From an uncultured bacterium (GTDB taxonomy: Bacteria; Babelota; Babeliae; Babelales; Vermiphilaceae): a DNA stretch of 64,000 nt. Shown piece after piece: positions 26,072-37,037 of this stretch. Under the pieces are notes generated by a model. It saw only the letters and a list, made by a program, of their open reading frames with translations. It was not told the origin of the DNA and ran no database searches. The position numbers were made by a program, and so were the translations under genes. The stretch's first letter is position 1; each line of letters starts with the position of its first letter. The DNA lies in assembly GCA_963713925.1 (NCBI GenBank), contig OY970212.1, positions 1,152,001 to 1,216,000 of the forward strand, written 5' to 3'.

Positions 26072-28381
26072 ATGAATAAAAATATTATCAATTTACTCAG
26101 CCTACTCGGTATACACTTCACCTTTTTTATTCAAGGACAACAATATCTGGACACCTCGTTTGGGCCGGATCAAAATGGAATTGTTATTCTGAATACGGGA
26201 TCAGTAACATCACTCAGTGATATCGCTATACAGACTGATAATAAAATCGTTGTAAGTGGATCATTCGCCAGTGAGACGACACAAACGCTCGTCGCTCGTT
26301 ATCTACCTGATGGAACTCTTGATGCTACATTTGGCACAGACGGACTAACAACTGTTTTGACGGGAAGTGGTTCAGAAGGCCATGCCCACGCAATCGACTC
26401 AAGCGGTAACATTGTAATTGCAGGTGAAAGTGTGTCTACTGAAGCCGATATTACTCTGTGGAGATTTACGGCAGATGGATCCTTGGACAGTACATTCGGA
26501 ACCTCCGGAACTGTAACGACAGCACTTAACGATGGGGCCGCTGCAAATGATCTTGCCCTACAACCATCTGATGAAAAAATTGTCGTAACAGGGCCAACTG
26601 TTGCATCGGGAATTCCACAGATATTTGTAGCCCGATATACAACGTCAGGTGTACTTGATACAACATATGGAACAAGCGGAATAACGCAACTTCAGATATT
26701 TGATAATGCTTTTTCAAACACCATTATCATACAATCGGATGATAAAGCAATTTGTGCAGGAAGAACAGATGACGGCAGTTTAAGTCTCTATAGCATTGTT
26801 CGATTCACAAGCTCAGGAGACCCTGATAGCTCATTTGGATCATCCGGTATTGTAACTGGCCAATCAACGAGTTCAACTTTTGATGTATTTTATGCACTTG
26901 GCTTACAATCTTCGGGCAAAATTATTGCAGCCGGGACAGCAACTATCGATGGTCAAGAGGAAACGCTCGTTGCTCGGTTTAATACCAATGGAACATTAGA
27001 CACAACATTTGGCTCGAGTGGGTATGCCACCAATACATTTGGAGAAAGTAGTGGCGCACTCGCACTCACCATTCAATCAGATGATTCAATAGTCATTTCA
27101 GGATTTGCAGATGCCTTCCCATTTACTGCTCGTCTTACCGTAGATGGAGCTCTCGATTCATCATTTGGTAATGAAGGAGTTGTTATCACGGATACTCTTG
27201 ATGAAGCTGCTTTTTTTAACGCCGTTACTGTTGATTCAAGTGATAAAATTTTAGCTGTAGGTGTGTATGATATTGATGGACTTCTCATTCGCTACCAACC
27301 AAATAATTCCGATTTCATCAACATATTCAATCCTGCTGAATCATCCACTATTTCAAGTTTCCCCACCACTATTTCAGGAAATGCTTCTCAGTCGAACTCA
27401 ACTGTTTCATTAGAAATAGATTCCATAGCGATCGGAGCGACTATCACAGATTCATTGGGCAATTGGATTTTCTCATATCCTCTTATTTCTAATGGCGCGC
27501 ATACCATCACAGCAAATCTTCTTGACTCATTGAATACCATTATTGCAACATCAAGCAATGATTTTACCGTTAGTTCCAGCGATGCTATTGAAATTGTTTC
27601 TCCCACTCAAGATGAAATAGTTCTTACTGCATTTCCAACTATTACAGGGCTCAGTTCTGAATCAAGTGCAACGGTAGAAGTTTTTATAGATTCCGTATCA
27701 ATCGGCACCGCACTCACCAATGCGATTGGATCTTGGTCCATCGATTCTCCTCAATTGAGTAATGCTTCCCACACGGCACAGGCAAATTTGCTTCCCGGAG
27801 CAACAGACTCAGTCACATTCACTGTCAGCGCAGCGCAAGGAACAACGGGAGCAACTGGCCCTGCTGGTGCAACAGGCGCAACCGGGCCATGTTGTCCTGG
27901 AGCTACCGGAGCGACCGGTGCAACCACAAGTAGTAACGACTATATGTATTCATATCACACCGGTAATGATACTTTGGCGATCTCAAACACATTCCAAAAC
28001 ATCGTCTATAACAATCCGCTGACTCAAAACAGTGGATGGTCAATGAGTTCGACCGGTGCATTTACAAATTCCAACTCAGGAATTTACTTAGTAGCTGCGA
28101 ATATAGTGGCCCAATTTAGTGGACTTATGACAGTTGGTGTTCACCCAAGTTCACTCAGACTCATGCTCAATGGTTCACAAGTTCCCGGTGCATCAGCGTT
28201 CACCACAACCGATAATAATCTTGCTCGAAGTCAAACAAGTATAAACACAATCATAAATTACACCGCAAACCAACCACTCGTCGTACAATGGACCGGCGAC
28301 ATAACAAACTTCACGCTCTCCGCTCGAACAAGTCCAAACCAAACGGCGTCATCACAAATTACTATTGAAAGACTTCAATAG
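26072..28381 (+). CDS. Paralog 4: propeller repeats, two Ig-like domains, short collagen, BclA-like tip
   Basis: SD AAGGAG; same repeats; two P.I.G...G.W...HT units; GPCCPG. Confidence 0.9.
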   Translation: MNKNIINLLSLLGIHFTFFIQGQQYLDTSFGPDQNGIVILNTGSVTSLSDIAIQTDNKIVVSGSFASETTQTLVARYLPDGTLDATFGTDGLTTVLTGSGSEGHAHAIDSSGNIVIAGESVSTEADITLWRFTADGSLDSTFGTSGTVTTALNDGAAANDLALQPSDEKIVVTGPTVASGIPQIFVARYTTSGVLDTTYGTSGITQLQIFDNAFSNTIIIQSDDKAICAGRTDDGSLSLYSIVRFTSSGDPDSSFGSSGIVTGQSTSSTFDVFYALGLQSSGKIIAAGTATIDGQEETLVARFNTNGTLDTTFGSSGYATNTFGESSGALALTIQSDDSIVISGFADAFPFTARLTVDGALDSSFGNEGVVITDTLDEAAFFNAVTVDSSDKILAVGVYDIDGLLIRYQPNNSDFINIFNPAESSTISSFPTTISGNASQSNSTVSLEIDSIAIGATITDSLGNWIFSYPLISNGAHTITANLLDSLNTIIATSSNDFTVSSSDAIEIVSPTQDEIVLTAFPTITGLSSESSATVEVFIDSVSIGTALTNAIGSWSIDSPQLSNASHTAQANLLPGATDSVTFTVSAAQGTTGATGPAGATGATGPCCPGATGATGATTSSNDYMYSYHTGNDTLAISNTFQNIVYNNPLTQNSGWSMSSTGAFTNSNSGIYLVAANIVAQFSGLMTVGVHPSSLRLMLNGSQVPGASAFTTTDNNLARSQTSINTIINYTANQPLVVQWTGDITNFTLSARTSPNQTASSQITIERLQ

Positions 28382-28402
28382 TAGAACAAAAGGAATCAAA
28401 TC

Positions 28403-31111
28403 ATGCTAAAAAGAGAGAGTATATTCATACGAACAAGTATCCTATCGATACTCATTTGCTCGGGATATCAGTCGAGCACTGCAAACCAATTTTTAGATAA
28501 AACATTTGGCGCAGAACAAACGGGGATCGTGATCGATCCATCAAACAATGCTGGAGCAACATCAGTCGCCCTTCAATCAAACGACTATCTTGTTTTTGCG
28601 GGATTTAATGCTGCTCAAACTCCGCGGGCTTTTTTTGTATCTCGATACACCAACAACGGTATTCTTGATACAACCTATGGAACCTCTGGATACACAACTA
28701 CCACTATTGGCTCTGACGCAATTGCAAACGCTGTAGCCTTGCAAACAATTTCGGCAAGTCCATTAACGCAATTTGCTGTTCTAGCAGGATCAAGCTTTGC
28801 AAGCGGAAGCAATCAAATCACCCTTGCTCGATATAACACAAGTGGTGTTTTGGATGCGACATTTGGTTCGTCAGGAATTGTGCAAACCCCCGTTCCACTG
28901 AGTACCGGTTCTCAAGCAAATGCTGTCGCTATTCAGCCAAATGGAGCAATCGTTATTGCCGGGTCAGCAGTTATCAATGGTTCACCGCAATTTGTTATCG
29001 CACGATACACGAGCAGTGGAACACTTGACGGCACATTCGGATCGGGAGGCATTGTTACCTTACTGATTGGCGAATCGTCAGTCGCCTATGCAGTTGGCAT
29101 TCAACCGAATTTAACATCACCTTCACTGAGCGGTGATATCGTTGTTGCCGGTGTGACCTCAATTGGTAATCAAAATGAATATGCACTCGCTATTCTTGAT
29201 AGTACGGGGGCAGTTGTTACAACCAATACTGTGCAAGTGCCCGCGGCGACTAACTCGTGCATTTACGCACTCGCAATTACTGGCAGTGACGAAATAGTTG
29301 TCGGCGGTTTTGCTGCGACACATACCTCGATGAGTATGTCGATAGCTCGATTTAATTCAACAGGGACTATTGATGCTTCATTTGGAACTTCAGGACATAC
29401 CGTTGTCACTCTTGGAGCAAATACACAAATTCGAGCACTCACATTTGACGCAAGCGGAAATATCGCTACAACAGGCTTTGTTGATGGACTCGTTCTTGCG
29501 ACTCGTTTTACCAGTTTAGGTCTTCTTGATACCACGTTTGGAACTGAAGGATACGTGATCGCCGATATCGGCCAATTTCCGGCACAACACAACGGCGTTG
29601 CGGTTCAGGCGATTGCCCCTAATACAAACAAAATTGTTGGAGCTGGGCAAACATTTAACAATCCGGAACTGGTGCGTTATCTAGCGAATAACACAGGATT
29701 TATTACTATCACCTTTCCTCCAAACGGCGGCACTGTTCATACCTGCTCACCGGTTATCACCGGAACTTCTTCGGGCGTAGCTGGAACAGTGGTAGACATT
29801 TCTATTGATGGCAGCTTTGTCGGATCAACCACTACCGATGCAAATGGAAACTGGACTTTCTATAACACTCCTGCTCTTTCATCCGGATCTCATACAGTCA
29901 CAGCTCAGTTGGTCAACGGACAATCACCAGAACCTTCCGCAACGAACACATTCACCGTCACGCTCTGCTCGGCAACGGGTGCGACTGGCGCCACCGGCGC
30001 AACCGGCAATCCGGGGCCTACCGGAGCTGCTGGCGCAACGGGCACGACAGGAGCTACCGGCATACAAGGTAAAACAGGTGCGACAGGAGCCACCGGAAAT
30101 ACCGGAGCCGCCGGACAAACTGGCGCAACTGGTCAAACGGGTTCGACCGGATCAACTGGCGCCACAGGTACAACTGGAGCTACTGGTGCACAAGGTAATA
30201 CCGGTGCCACAGGTGCTGCCGGACAAACCGGAGCAACCGGGCAAACGGGTTCGACTGGTAGCACAGGATCAACAGGATCCGCCGGCGCAACCGGACAGAC
30301 TGGTTCAACTGGGGCAACTGGCGCACAAGGTAACACTGGTACCACAGGTGCTGCCGGACAGACCGGAGCAACTGGGCAAACGGGTTCGACGGGAGCGACT
30401 GGAAGTACCGGTTCTACCGGCGCAACAGGGACAACAGGAAGCACCGGCGCTGCGGGACAAACCGGAACTACTGGATCGACAGGAGCAGTCGGACAAACTG
30501 GCGCAACCGGAAGTACGGGGGCTACCGGGGCAGTTGGTGCAACTGGTGCGACTGGTGCAAATGCATCATCTTTTGCGGAATTGGTATTCACTCCGACCAG
30601 CATGAATAATGACACCTATTTTGCAATTCCAAATCAAACAATCAGTTCCGTGTACTTGGGTGGCAACGGGCCAAACGCAAACATACTCGTATGGCAATTA
30701 CCATTTGCCGGAGCCTCAGGTCCGCTTGACACCAATATCAACTTTAAAATTCCACATAATTACAGCACTTCTGGCCCAACTTCAATGATGCTCCATGTTC
30801 TTGCAGCACAAAACGGGGCGACAGGAACAAATGCTGCAATCCGCGCATATGCCGATTTTAAAGGCAATGGACAAACAATCGGTAATGCGTATGCACAAAC
30901 ATCTGATGTCGCTTTTACCGTATCGGAACCAGCGGGAGCGTCCCAATTAAACGACTTCCTTGTTACTATTCCGCTCACTGCTGGTACTATTTCGCCAGAC
31001 AATTGGGCGTTCTTAGTGTTTAATCGTATTTCTCCAACTGGTGGCAACGAATACAGCAACGATCTGTATCTAGGGCCAGTTTCATTTAGATATTTGTTAA
31101 CTAACAGCTAA
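28403..31111 (+). CDS. Paralog 5: propeller repeats, Ig-like domain, ~195-aa collagen, different C-terminal domain
   Basis: N-half nearly identical to paralog 2; C-terminus (FKIPHNY...FRY) unlike the other four. Confidence 0.9.
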   Translation: MLKRESIFIRTSILSILICSGYQSSTANQFLDKTFGAEQTGIVIDPSNNAGATSVALQSNDYLVFAGFNAAQTPRAFFVSRYTNNGILDTTYGTSGYTTTTIGSDAIANAVALQTISASPLTQFAVLAGSSFASGSNQITLARYNTSGVLDATFGSSGIVQTPVPLSTGSQANAVAIQPNGAIVIAGSAVINGSPQFVIARYTSSGTLDGTFGSGGIVTLLIGESSVAYAVGIQPNLTSPSLSGDIVVAGVTSIGNQNEYALAILDSTGAVVTTNTVQVPAATNSCIYALAITGSDEIVVGGFAATHTSMSMSIARFNSTGTIDASFGTSGHTVVTLGANTQIRALTFDASGNIATTGFVDGLVLATRFTSLGLLDTTFGTEGYVIADIGQFPAQHNGVAVQAIAPNTNKIVGAGQTFNNPELVRYLANNTGFITITFPPNGGTVHTCSPVITGTSSGVAGTVVDISIDGSFVGSTTTDANGNWTFYNTPALSSGSHTVTAQLVNGQSPEPSATNTFTVTLCSATGATGATGATGNPGPTGAAGATGTTGATGIQGKTGATGATGNTGAAGQTGATGQTGSTGSTGATGTTGATGAQGNTGATGAAGQTGATGQTGSTGSTGSTGSAGATGQTGSTGATGAQGNTGTTGAAGQTGATGQTGSTGATGSTGSTGATGTTGSTGAAGQTGTTGSTGAVGQTGATGSTGATGAVGATGATGANASSFAELVFTPTSMNNDTYFAIPNQTISSVYLGGNGPNANILVWQLPFAGASGPLDTNINFKIPHNYSTSGPTSMMLHVLAAQNGATGTNAAIRAYADFKGNGQTIGNAYAQTSDVAFTVSEPAGASQLNDFLVTIPLTAGTISPDNWAFLVFNRISPTGGNEYSNDLYLGPVSFRYLLTNS

Positions 31112-31118
31112 TCACATT

Positions 31119-31151
31119 AATCGAGGGATCCATATGATGGATCCCTCGATT
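31119..31151. terminator. Hairpin closing the collagen-like cluster
   Basis: AATCGAGGGATCCAT-atg-ATGGATCCCTCGATT perfect inverted repeat. Confidence 0.7.
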
Positions 31152-31312
31152 GAGTAAAATATTCCCTTTTGATAGAGTATATTTAAGTAAACATGAATCC
31201 AGGTGAAAGACCTATAGTTTCGTTGTTTCAGCAAATGTCAAAGTACAAAAATGTATCCCGAGTATAAAGGGAATCCCGTATTTTAAGTACGGATAAAATA
31301 TATGGCGATCTT

Positions 31313-32242
31313 ATGGGAACAATACTTCTTTTTTATAAATATATTTCTATTTCAAACCCAAAACAGATCCTCAAATGGCAGGAAAAACTGTGTGGACAAC
31401 TCAACCTCAAAGGCCGTATCATACTCGGACACGAGGGCATCAATGCCACTCTGGGAGGCAGCATTCAAAACACAGAACGATATAAAGAAATCATGGAAAA
31501 GCATCCTCTCTTTGGAGGCATCGATTTTAAAGAAAGCCCCGGAACCGCGGATTATTTCCCCCGATTGCGCATTGTAATAAAAGATGAAATTGTTCACTTG
31601 GGTCTTGATACGCAAAAATATACCGCTGCCAGTGGGGGGATTCATCTTTCTCCCGAACAAGCGCATCAACTTATGGATGAGAAACCGGAAGATCTTATTA
31701 TCATTGACTGCAGAAATACCAATGAAACAAGTATCGGCACCTTTACCAATGCCGTACGGCCTGATACCAATTATTTCCGTGAATTTCCTACGTATGTCGA
31801 CAACAACCAAGAACTTTTTAAAGACAAAACTGTTTTAATGGCATGCACCGGTGGCATTCGCTGTGAACGCGCTTCTTCATATGTAAAAGCAACAAGCGGC
31901 GCCAAAACAGTGTATCAAATTTCCGGCGGGATCCAGCGATATGTCGAAAGATTCCCCAATGGACATTTCCGCGGGAAAAATTATGTGTTTGACGCGCGCA
32001 TTGGCGTGCGTGTGAATGATGATATTTTGAGTTCATGTGCCTTGTGCCAAAAACCAAACGATGATTACACCAATTGCCTGAACGCACTGTGCAACAAACA
32101 ATTCTTATGCTGCCCTAAATGTCTTGAGGCGAGCGGAAGTATTTGTTCAACACAGTGCACACGATTACTACATGAAGGGAAAGTACCGCAACGTCCGCCG
32201 AGAATTGATATAACTGCTGCCAACAAAAGTAACGGTGTTTAA
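31313..32242 (+). CDS. trhO: tRNA U34 hydroxylase TrhO (UPF0176 rhodanese-domain protein)
   Basis: LKGRIILGHEGINAT, CTGGIRCERAS, GGIQRY, YVFDAR, Cys-rich C-terminus. Confidence 0.9.
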   Translation: MGTILLFYKYISISNPKQILKWQEKLCGQLNLKGRIILGHEGINATLGGSIQNTERYKEIMEKHPLFGGIDFKESPGTADYFPRLRIVIKDEIVHLGLDTQKYTAASGGIHLSPEQAHQLMDEKPEDLIIIDCRNTNETSIGTFTNAVRPDTNYFREFPTYVDNNQELFKDKTVLMACTGGIRCERASSYVKATSGAKTVYQISGGIQRYVERFPNGHFRGKNYVFDARIGVRVNDDILSSCALCQKPNDDYTNCLNALCNKQFLCCPKCLEASGSICSTQCTRLLHEGKVPQRPPRIDITAANKSNGV

Positions 32243-33219
32243 TGCTTGATCTTTCATTTGACCACAATAAAACTCAGTCGCTCATTCAAGAACAGGTCTC
32301 TTTAAAAGATAAAAACTGGTTTAAAACGGGAGGCGCTGCGCGTTTTTTCTCTTGCCCTTCAACACCAGATGAATTTCAAGCGGCCCTCGCTTATGCAAAC
32401 CAACACACACTTGATCTTTTTTTGCTCGGACATGGCGCAAATATCCTCATCAGCGATGATGGTTTTGATGGATTAGTAATCCAACCACGACTTACCTCAA
32501 TCACACATACGCTTGTTCCAGATGAATCTACCGCGCTCGTTACCGCCGGCGCTGGTGTGAGCATGCATGATTTGATTAACTATTGTCTTGATCATCAATT
32601 GATCGGGCTTGAAGAGTTCAGCGGAATTCCGGGGACTGTTGGCGGTTCTGTGTATATCAATCTCCATTACTTTGAATTTCTTCTTGAGCAGTTTATCGTA
32701 AGCGCACGCGTTGTTGCCCGTGATGGATCACATATCTGTTCAGTTGAACGGCAATGGTTTGAATTTGGATACAACAAATCTCGTCTGCAGCGCGGAGATT
32801 ATTATCTTGCTGATGCTACGTTTTCTCTGCGCTCAGTTGATGCGCTCACAGCTGCCCATGCGCACGGGAGAAGCCAAGAAATCATCCGCCATCGCAAGCA
32901 ACGTTATCCCAATGAGCGTACCTGTGGATCATTTTTTAGAAACTTTTTACCCAACGAAGTAAGCATAGAAAGTAACGGGAAAAAAATGATTTTCGTTGCC
33001 TATTATCTGGATAAATTGGGCTTCAAGGGACAGTTGAATGTGGGCGGAGCATCAGTCTCCTATCAGCATGCAAACATGATTGTGACAACCCCGGGAGCAA
33101 CATCGAGCGATGTTATTGAGCTTGCTAAAATTATGCAAGAAAAAGTATATGACGCTTATGGAATTATTCCACAACCAGAATGTCGCCTCATCGGATTTAA
33201 GAAGTATCCATTGCTATAA
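32242..33219 (+). CDS. murB: UDP-N-acetylmuramate dehydrogenase
   Basis: FKTGG.A, G.GANILISD.G, GIPGTVGG, CGSFFRN, QHANMIV; TAATG coupling with trhO. Confidence 0.95.
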   Translation: MLDLSFDHNKTQSLIQEQVSLKDKNWFKTGGAARFFSCPSTPDEFQAALAYANQHTLDLFLLGHGANILISDDGFDGLVIQPRLTSITHTLVPDESTALVTAGAGVSMHDLINYCLDHQLIGLEEFSGIPGTVGGSVYINLHYFEFLLEQFIVSARVVARDGSHICSVERQWFEFGYNKSRLQRGDYYLADATFSLRSVDALTAAHAHGRSQEIIRHRKQRYPNERTCGSFFRNFLPNEVSIESNGKKMIFVAYYLDKLGFKGQLNVGGASVSYQHANMIVTTPGATSSDVIELAKIMQEKVYDAYGIIPQPECRLIGFKKYPLL

Positions 33220-33527
33220 GCCCGCTCCCCGCGGGAAGGGGCCCATGCATCGCCTATCCACGCATCTTACCCAAATTACGTTTTCACTGCATTTGGGACC
33301 CAATTCCAGCTTGGCCCTGTGCGCCATAGCTCTATGAGCGACGGCGTAAGGCTATGCAGGGCGCAGCAAAAGAAGGTCTTGCGTGGCCTGCGAAACTTGA
33401 CGAGCTGAACGCCCGGACAAGTGAAGCACGGGTCACCTCTCTTGCATCTCGGACACTTAAGACCCTAGCCTACGCTTATTCGGGCCTTCCGGCTCGACAA
33501 GCTACGGCGGGCAGGCAAGGTCTTAGG
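33219..33527. repeat. Cluster of nested palindromic repeats (families C and D)
   Basis: TTACCCAAAT...ATTTGGGACCC; GCCATAGCTC..GAGCGACGGC; TAAGACC[AGCCTACGCTTATTCGGGCCTTCCGGCTCGACAAGCTACGGCGGGCAGGC]GGTCTTA. Confidence 0.75.
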
Positions 33528-33950
33528 AAACCCTTCGCCCGTTTCAAACATCGGGATCACGCAATTTTTCAAATCGCTTAGACCCTCGGCGAAACTACTG
33601 GACTTCTTTATTTTATCATAGGCATTCGTATTGAATGGTTGCTCGATATGATGAGTGGAGAGTAGGGGGTGAAACCAGCCTGGCCGGCTGTAGAGGCCAA
33701 AATTAACATTTTCAAGCCGGATTGCAATGCTTTTAAAATCGACATTGGTAAAGAAAAGAAGTCTGATGAGGTTCACCGAACCAATGAAACAATTTGTTAA
33801 ATTGTGTATGGTGAGTTGAACCTCAAGGAATTTTTAAAACCTTGGTTTTAAACGCACGAAATGCAAAAACGGTTGCGAGACCGTTTTTGCCGCGAGTCCC
33901 CGCGGAGGGGACAAAATGTTCTCTTAAACGCCTGTAATCCGGAAGGGTTG
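33528..33950. mobile_element. Possible degraded IS remnant
   Basis: Inverted ends AACCCTTC / GAAGGGTT; broken + frame PAVEAKINIFK...GELNLKEFLK loosely resembles an IS5-type transposase C-terminus. Confidence 0.3.
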
Positions 33951-33970
33951 GCCTAAATTATGTTTCAACA

Positions 33971-34001
33971 TAAAAAACCACAACCTAGGTTGTGGTTTTT
34001 A
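33971..34001. terminator. Bidirectional intrinsic terminator
   Basis: AAAAAACCACAACC-ta-GGTTGTGGTTTTT. Confidence 0.75.
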
Positions 34002-34049
34002 TCATATTCCGATTCATCGGAGTTCAAACAAGAAGTTTGTTTGAATTGT

Positions 34050-34223
34050 TTACATTCCAAAGTTGAAACGTGCACCGATGAAAGTAAGAATTGCAAGAAC
34101 GATTGCAATTATTGCAACAAATTTTGCTATTTTGGTTGTTGAATTTTCAACACCGGTAAACCCGAAGAATCCAGCTACAACACCTACGATGAATAACAAA
34201 ATAGCCAAATAAATTAACGACAT
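34050..34223 (-). CDS. DUF1328 (YtjA-like) small membrane protein, 57 aa
   Basis: Not in the ORF track; SD AAGGAG; MSLIYLAILLFIVGVVAGFFGFTGVENSTTKIAKFVAIIAIVLAILTFIGARFNFGM. Confidence 0.85.
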   Translation of the reverse strand: MSLIYLAILLFIVGVVAGFFGFTGVENSTTKIAKFVAIIAIVLAILTFIGARFNFGM

Positions 34224-34295
34224 ATCTTCTCCTTTGATATGGTATTATACTAACAATAATATCCTAACCATAAAATAGTGTGACTTTGCAAGACT

Positions 34296-34952
34296 ATGAA
34301 TGAATTCATTTTTATTTTTCAAACTCTTTTTGTTAGTGGGGCTGCGATCATATGTTGGAAGATATCCAAAGAAGCCCTGATCGCGTTCATCTGTTTACAA
34401 ATCATTATCGCGAATCTTTTTGTCACCAAACAGATTGGTTTATTTGGATACACTGCAACCGGAGCTGATGCCTTCATCGTTGGCGGCATTATTGGTTTTC
34501 ATTTGTTACAAGAATTCTATGGGCCCGAGATCGTGCGAAAAACAATCTATCTCAGCTTTGGATTGTTGCTTTTCTTCCTTGCTGTCAGTCAACTCCATCT
34601 TGCATATCTACCAACCATTTTTGATACAACTCAACCGGCGGCCCAAATTATTTTCGGAACAATACCGCGAATTGCGGCAGCTTCACTCATTGCTTATTTT
34701 ATCAGCCAACAAATTGATCTGAGAGTATTTGCCTTTTTTAAAAAAATATTTTCAGGCCGCTCTTTACCGGTAAGAAATGTTCTCACCGCTTCGATTTCTC
34801 AATTGATTGATACAGTACTTTTTAGTGTTCTTGGTCTGATGGGAATTGTCTCATCACTTTCTTCAATCATTTTTATTAGTTATAGCATCAAGATGATTGC
34901 TTTGGTGCTCAGCTCTTCTTTGCTTTTTTTGACGAGGCGCCCAAAAGCTTAA
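34296..34952 (+). CDS. yhhQ: Queuosine precursor transporter (VUT family)
   Basis: ANLFVTKQ, LLQEFYG, RIAAASLIAYFISQQID, ISQLIDTVLF. Confidence 0.88.
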   Translation: MNEFIFIFQTLFVSGAAIICWKISKEALIAFICLQIIIANLFVTKQIGLFGYTATGADAFIVGGIIGFHLLQEFYGPEIVRKTIYLSFGLLLFFLAVSQLHLAYLPTIFDTTQPAAQIIFGTIPRIAAASLIAYFISQQIDLRVFAFFKKIFSGRSLPVRNVLTASISQLIDTVLFSVLGLMGIVSSLSSIIFISYSIKMIALVLSSSLLFLTRRPKA

Positions 34953-35025
34953 AATTTGTTGTTTTCGCGCTGAGTTCTTCGAAGCTTTAGCGAAGTAGAA
35001 TAAAAAAGAAAACTTTATAAAAAAA

Positions 35026-35180
35026 GTCCATTGAGTTTTTGCCGTTCGAATGGATTCGACTTCGTATTCACTCCGCTCACCCCGAACGGAAAGCGAGTCT
35101 CGTGCGCAAGCGTGGTTAAAAACAGTCAACAGGGTGAAAATCGAATCCATTCGAACTTCCCTTAAAAATTCTACGGAATC
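35026..35180. mobile_element. Family B MITE/REP element
   Basis: CCATTGAGTTTT...GTTCGAATGGATTCGAC...GCTCACCCCGAACG...AAAATTCTACGGAATC-TAA. Confidence 0.75.
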
Positions 35181-35187
35181 TAATTAT

Positions 35188-35943
35188 TTAATTTTTTATC
35201 TTTTTTATTTGCTTTCCATCAACATTTTTTGACAAAGAAAGTCCTGAAGTCGATTTTTTAAACAGATTTCCCTCTTGCGGCAGCAAAACAAGTTTACCTG
35301 ATTTATCTTTGTCGACTTTTACAAACACATTTTTACCTTGATCGCTTATAATAAACGTCGCATCGTATGATTTTGATCCTTCTTTGAATAAATCAATTTC
35401 AATGTCACCAGACATATCGACGTTTGCCAATCTCAAATATGCAGGTTTTTTACTTGTTGATGCTTGCAGCGGATAATCTTTTACAATAACTGATCCATTT
35501 GCATTTATTTGCATCAACATTTTTTCAGGAAGGTTATATTTAATTTCAATAACCCATGGCCATGGATTATCGGATGCTTTCGGCGTTGTTTGCCAAGAAA
35601 TACCGGCTTTGATAGAGCGTGCAGCATCTTTTTCCATTTTTTGTACTACAGCAAGACGCAAATCATACAATTCTTTATTCTTTGCATTATTCAATACTTC
35701 GCATGCACGACTCACCTGTTTTGAAGATGACCTGCCCGCACACTCGTTTTTTATTGCATTTTTTTGAGCTTCCATTTCACTTTTGGTGTTTGCTTTTTCT
35801 GGGGCGTTTAAAATTTCATAAAAATTTTTTCTACCTTCTTTATCAGTCCACAAATAAACGTCATCCTGATCGGGGTTAAACGATGCATTCAAACTCGAAC
35901 AGATGAAAACAAAAAGGAATGCTAAACGAAATAGTAACTTCAT
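35188..35943 (-). CDS. Secreted protein: J-domain-like region plus shared C-terminal domain
   Basis: KNFYEILN...ACEVLNN..NKELYD; C-terminal LPQEG...SGLSLSKNV. Confidence 0.8.
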   Translation of the reverse strand: MKLLFRLAFLFVFICSSLNASFNPDQDDVYLWTDKEGRKNFYEILNAPEKANTKSEMEAQKNAIKNECAGRSSSKQVSRACEVLNNAKNKELYDLRLAVVQKMEKDAARSIKAGISWQTTPKASDNPWPWVIEIKYNLPEKMLMQINANGSVIVKDYPLQASTSKKPAYLRLANVDMSGDIEIDLFKEGSKSYDATFIISDQGKNVFVKVDKDKSGKLVLLPQEGNLFKKSTSGLSLSKNVDGKQIKKIKN

Positions 35944-35994
35944 GAATACCTCTATCTTTTTTTGTATGAAGTATCAAATGCTTTTCATTATTCT

Positions 35995-36387
35995 TTATTT
36001 TTTTCTACGCAAATAATCTTTGTGAAGCCTCAATCGGGCATCGTATTCAGCCTTCGTCTGAGGATTACTAAGGTATTTTTCGATTTGAACTATTATTTCA
36101 AGGCGTTTTTTTATTTTTTGCGCATTTTCTCCGGAGAAAGAAAATCTTTTGTATTGTTGCTCTAATTTATCAAATTTTTTTACGGCCGCTTCTTTAACAA
36201 CCTTTTCATCCGCATAATCAGGAACGCCAAGAATCTCATAAAAATTCTTGTCGTCGATAAAAACGGGTGCGCCCGGTTCGAGAGTTCGTAAAACGTCCCG
36301 CTCTCCGTTTGCCAAAAATGACGTTGGAAACAGGGCGATCAAAAAAGCAATTTTTGAAATTAGCCTTGAGCTGCTATTCATAGTCAA
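35995..36387 (-). CDS. Secreted J-domain-like protein lacking HPD
   Basis: KNFYEILGVPDYAD...LSNPQTKAEYD. Confidence 0.75.
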   Translation of the reverse strand: MTMNSSSRLISKIAFLIALFPTSFLANGERDVLRTLEPGAPVFIDDKNFYEILGVPDYADEKVVKEAAVKKFDKLEQQYKRFSFSGENAQKIKKRLEIIVQIEKYLSNPQTKAEYDARLRLHKDYLRRKK

Positions 36388-36413
36388 AGTCCTTCAAAAT
36401 GAATGCCGCTCTC

Positions 36414-37007
36414 TTATTCTTCTGCAACAACAGCAGATGCTTTCGAAGAAGCGCTTGGTTCAAGATCTTTTTCTGTAACATTGTTTTTATCAAGACTTAA
36501 CCCGGTTCTTGTTATATTACGACCGCCGGGCAACTCAGGCTTAGATGGAACAAGTTTATTGTCACGAGTAAACGTTACGTAGATCGTCTTCGATGTTGGG
36601 ATTTTATCGTACACAACAGGATTTTCATTAAATGATGTTTTAAGAAGACCCACTGTAATATAACCTTGTTCCGGCTTTTTTGTATAAATTGCAAGCGTTG
36701 TCGGTTTAACTATCTTTATTTCTTCGTTATTTACATCTTCTTCACTAAAGGCGGATTTAGCTCCGACCTCTTGAGCCTTGGCAATAACGGAATTACCATT
36801 AACAATCGAAATCCAAATGGGTTTATTGCTTTCGTTGATAAGTTCAAAGGTTGCATTTCTCGTACCCACCGCGGGTTCATTGATATATGCCGTTGTATTG
36901 TCATTAACATATACCATCTCATCCAGCTCTTCGTCTGCAGCAGCAGTGCCGCGCACTCCGAAAGTAATAACTGTCAATGCTAATAGCATCAGTTTAAAAG
37001 TCTTCAT
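36414..37007 (-). CDS. Secreted protein with shared C-terminal domain
   Basis: SD AAGGAG; signal peptide; LVPS...TRTGLSLDKNNV. Confidence 0.8.
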   Translation of the reverse strand: MKTFKLMLLALTVITFGVRGTAAADEELDEMVYVNDNTTAYINEPAVGTRNATFELINESNKPIWISIVNGNSVIAKAQEVGAKSAFSEEDVNNEEIKIVKPTTLAIYTKKPEQGYITVGLLKTSFNENPVVYDKIPTSKTIYVTFTRDNKLVPSKPELPGGRNITRTGLSLDKNNVTEKDLEPSASSKASAVVAEE

Positions 37008-37037
37008 ACTATTCTCCTTTATTACATATCGATATTT

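Noticed and set aside
33110..33776. ORFs 33110-33337, 33354-33581 and 33465-33776
   Set aside because: They run through palindromic repeats and have no recognisable protein features.
33763..33791. Hammerhead-like CTGATGA-GGTTC/GAACC-..GAAAC
   Set aside because: Extra AAT before GAAA, and no convincing stems I and III or cleavage triplet.
34224..34295. preQ1 riboswitch ahead of yhhQ
   Set aside because: No recognisable preQ1 stem-loop consensus; the region looks like divergent promoters.
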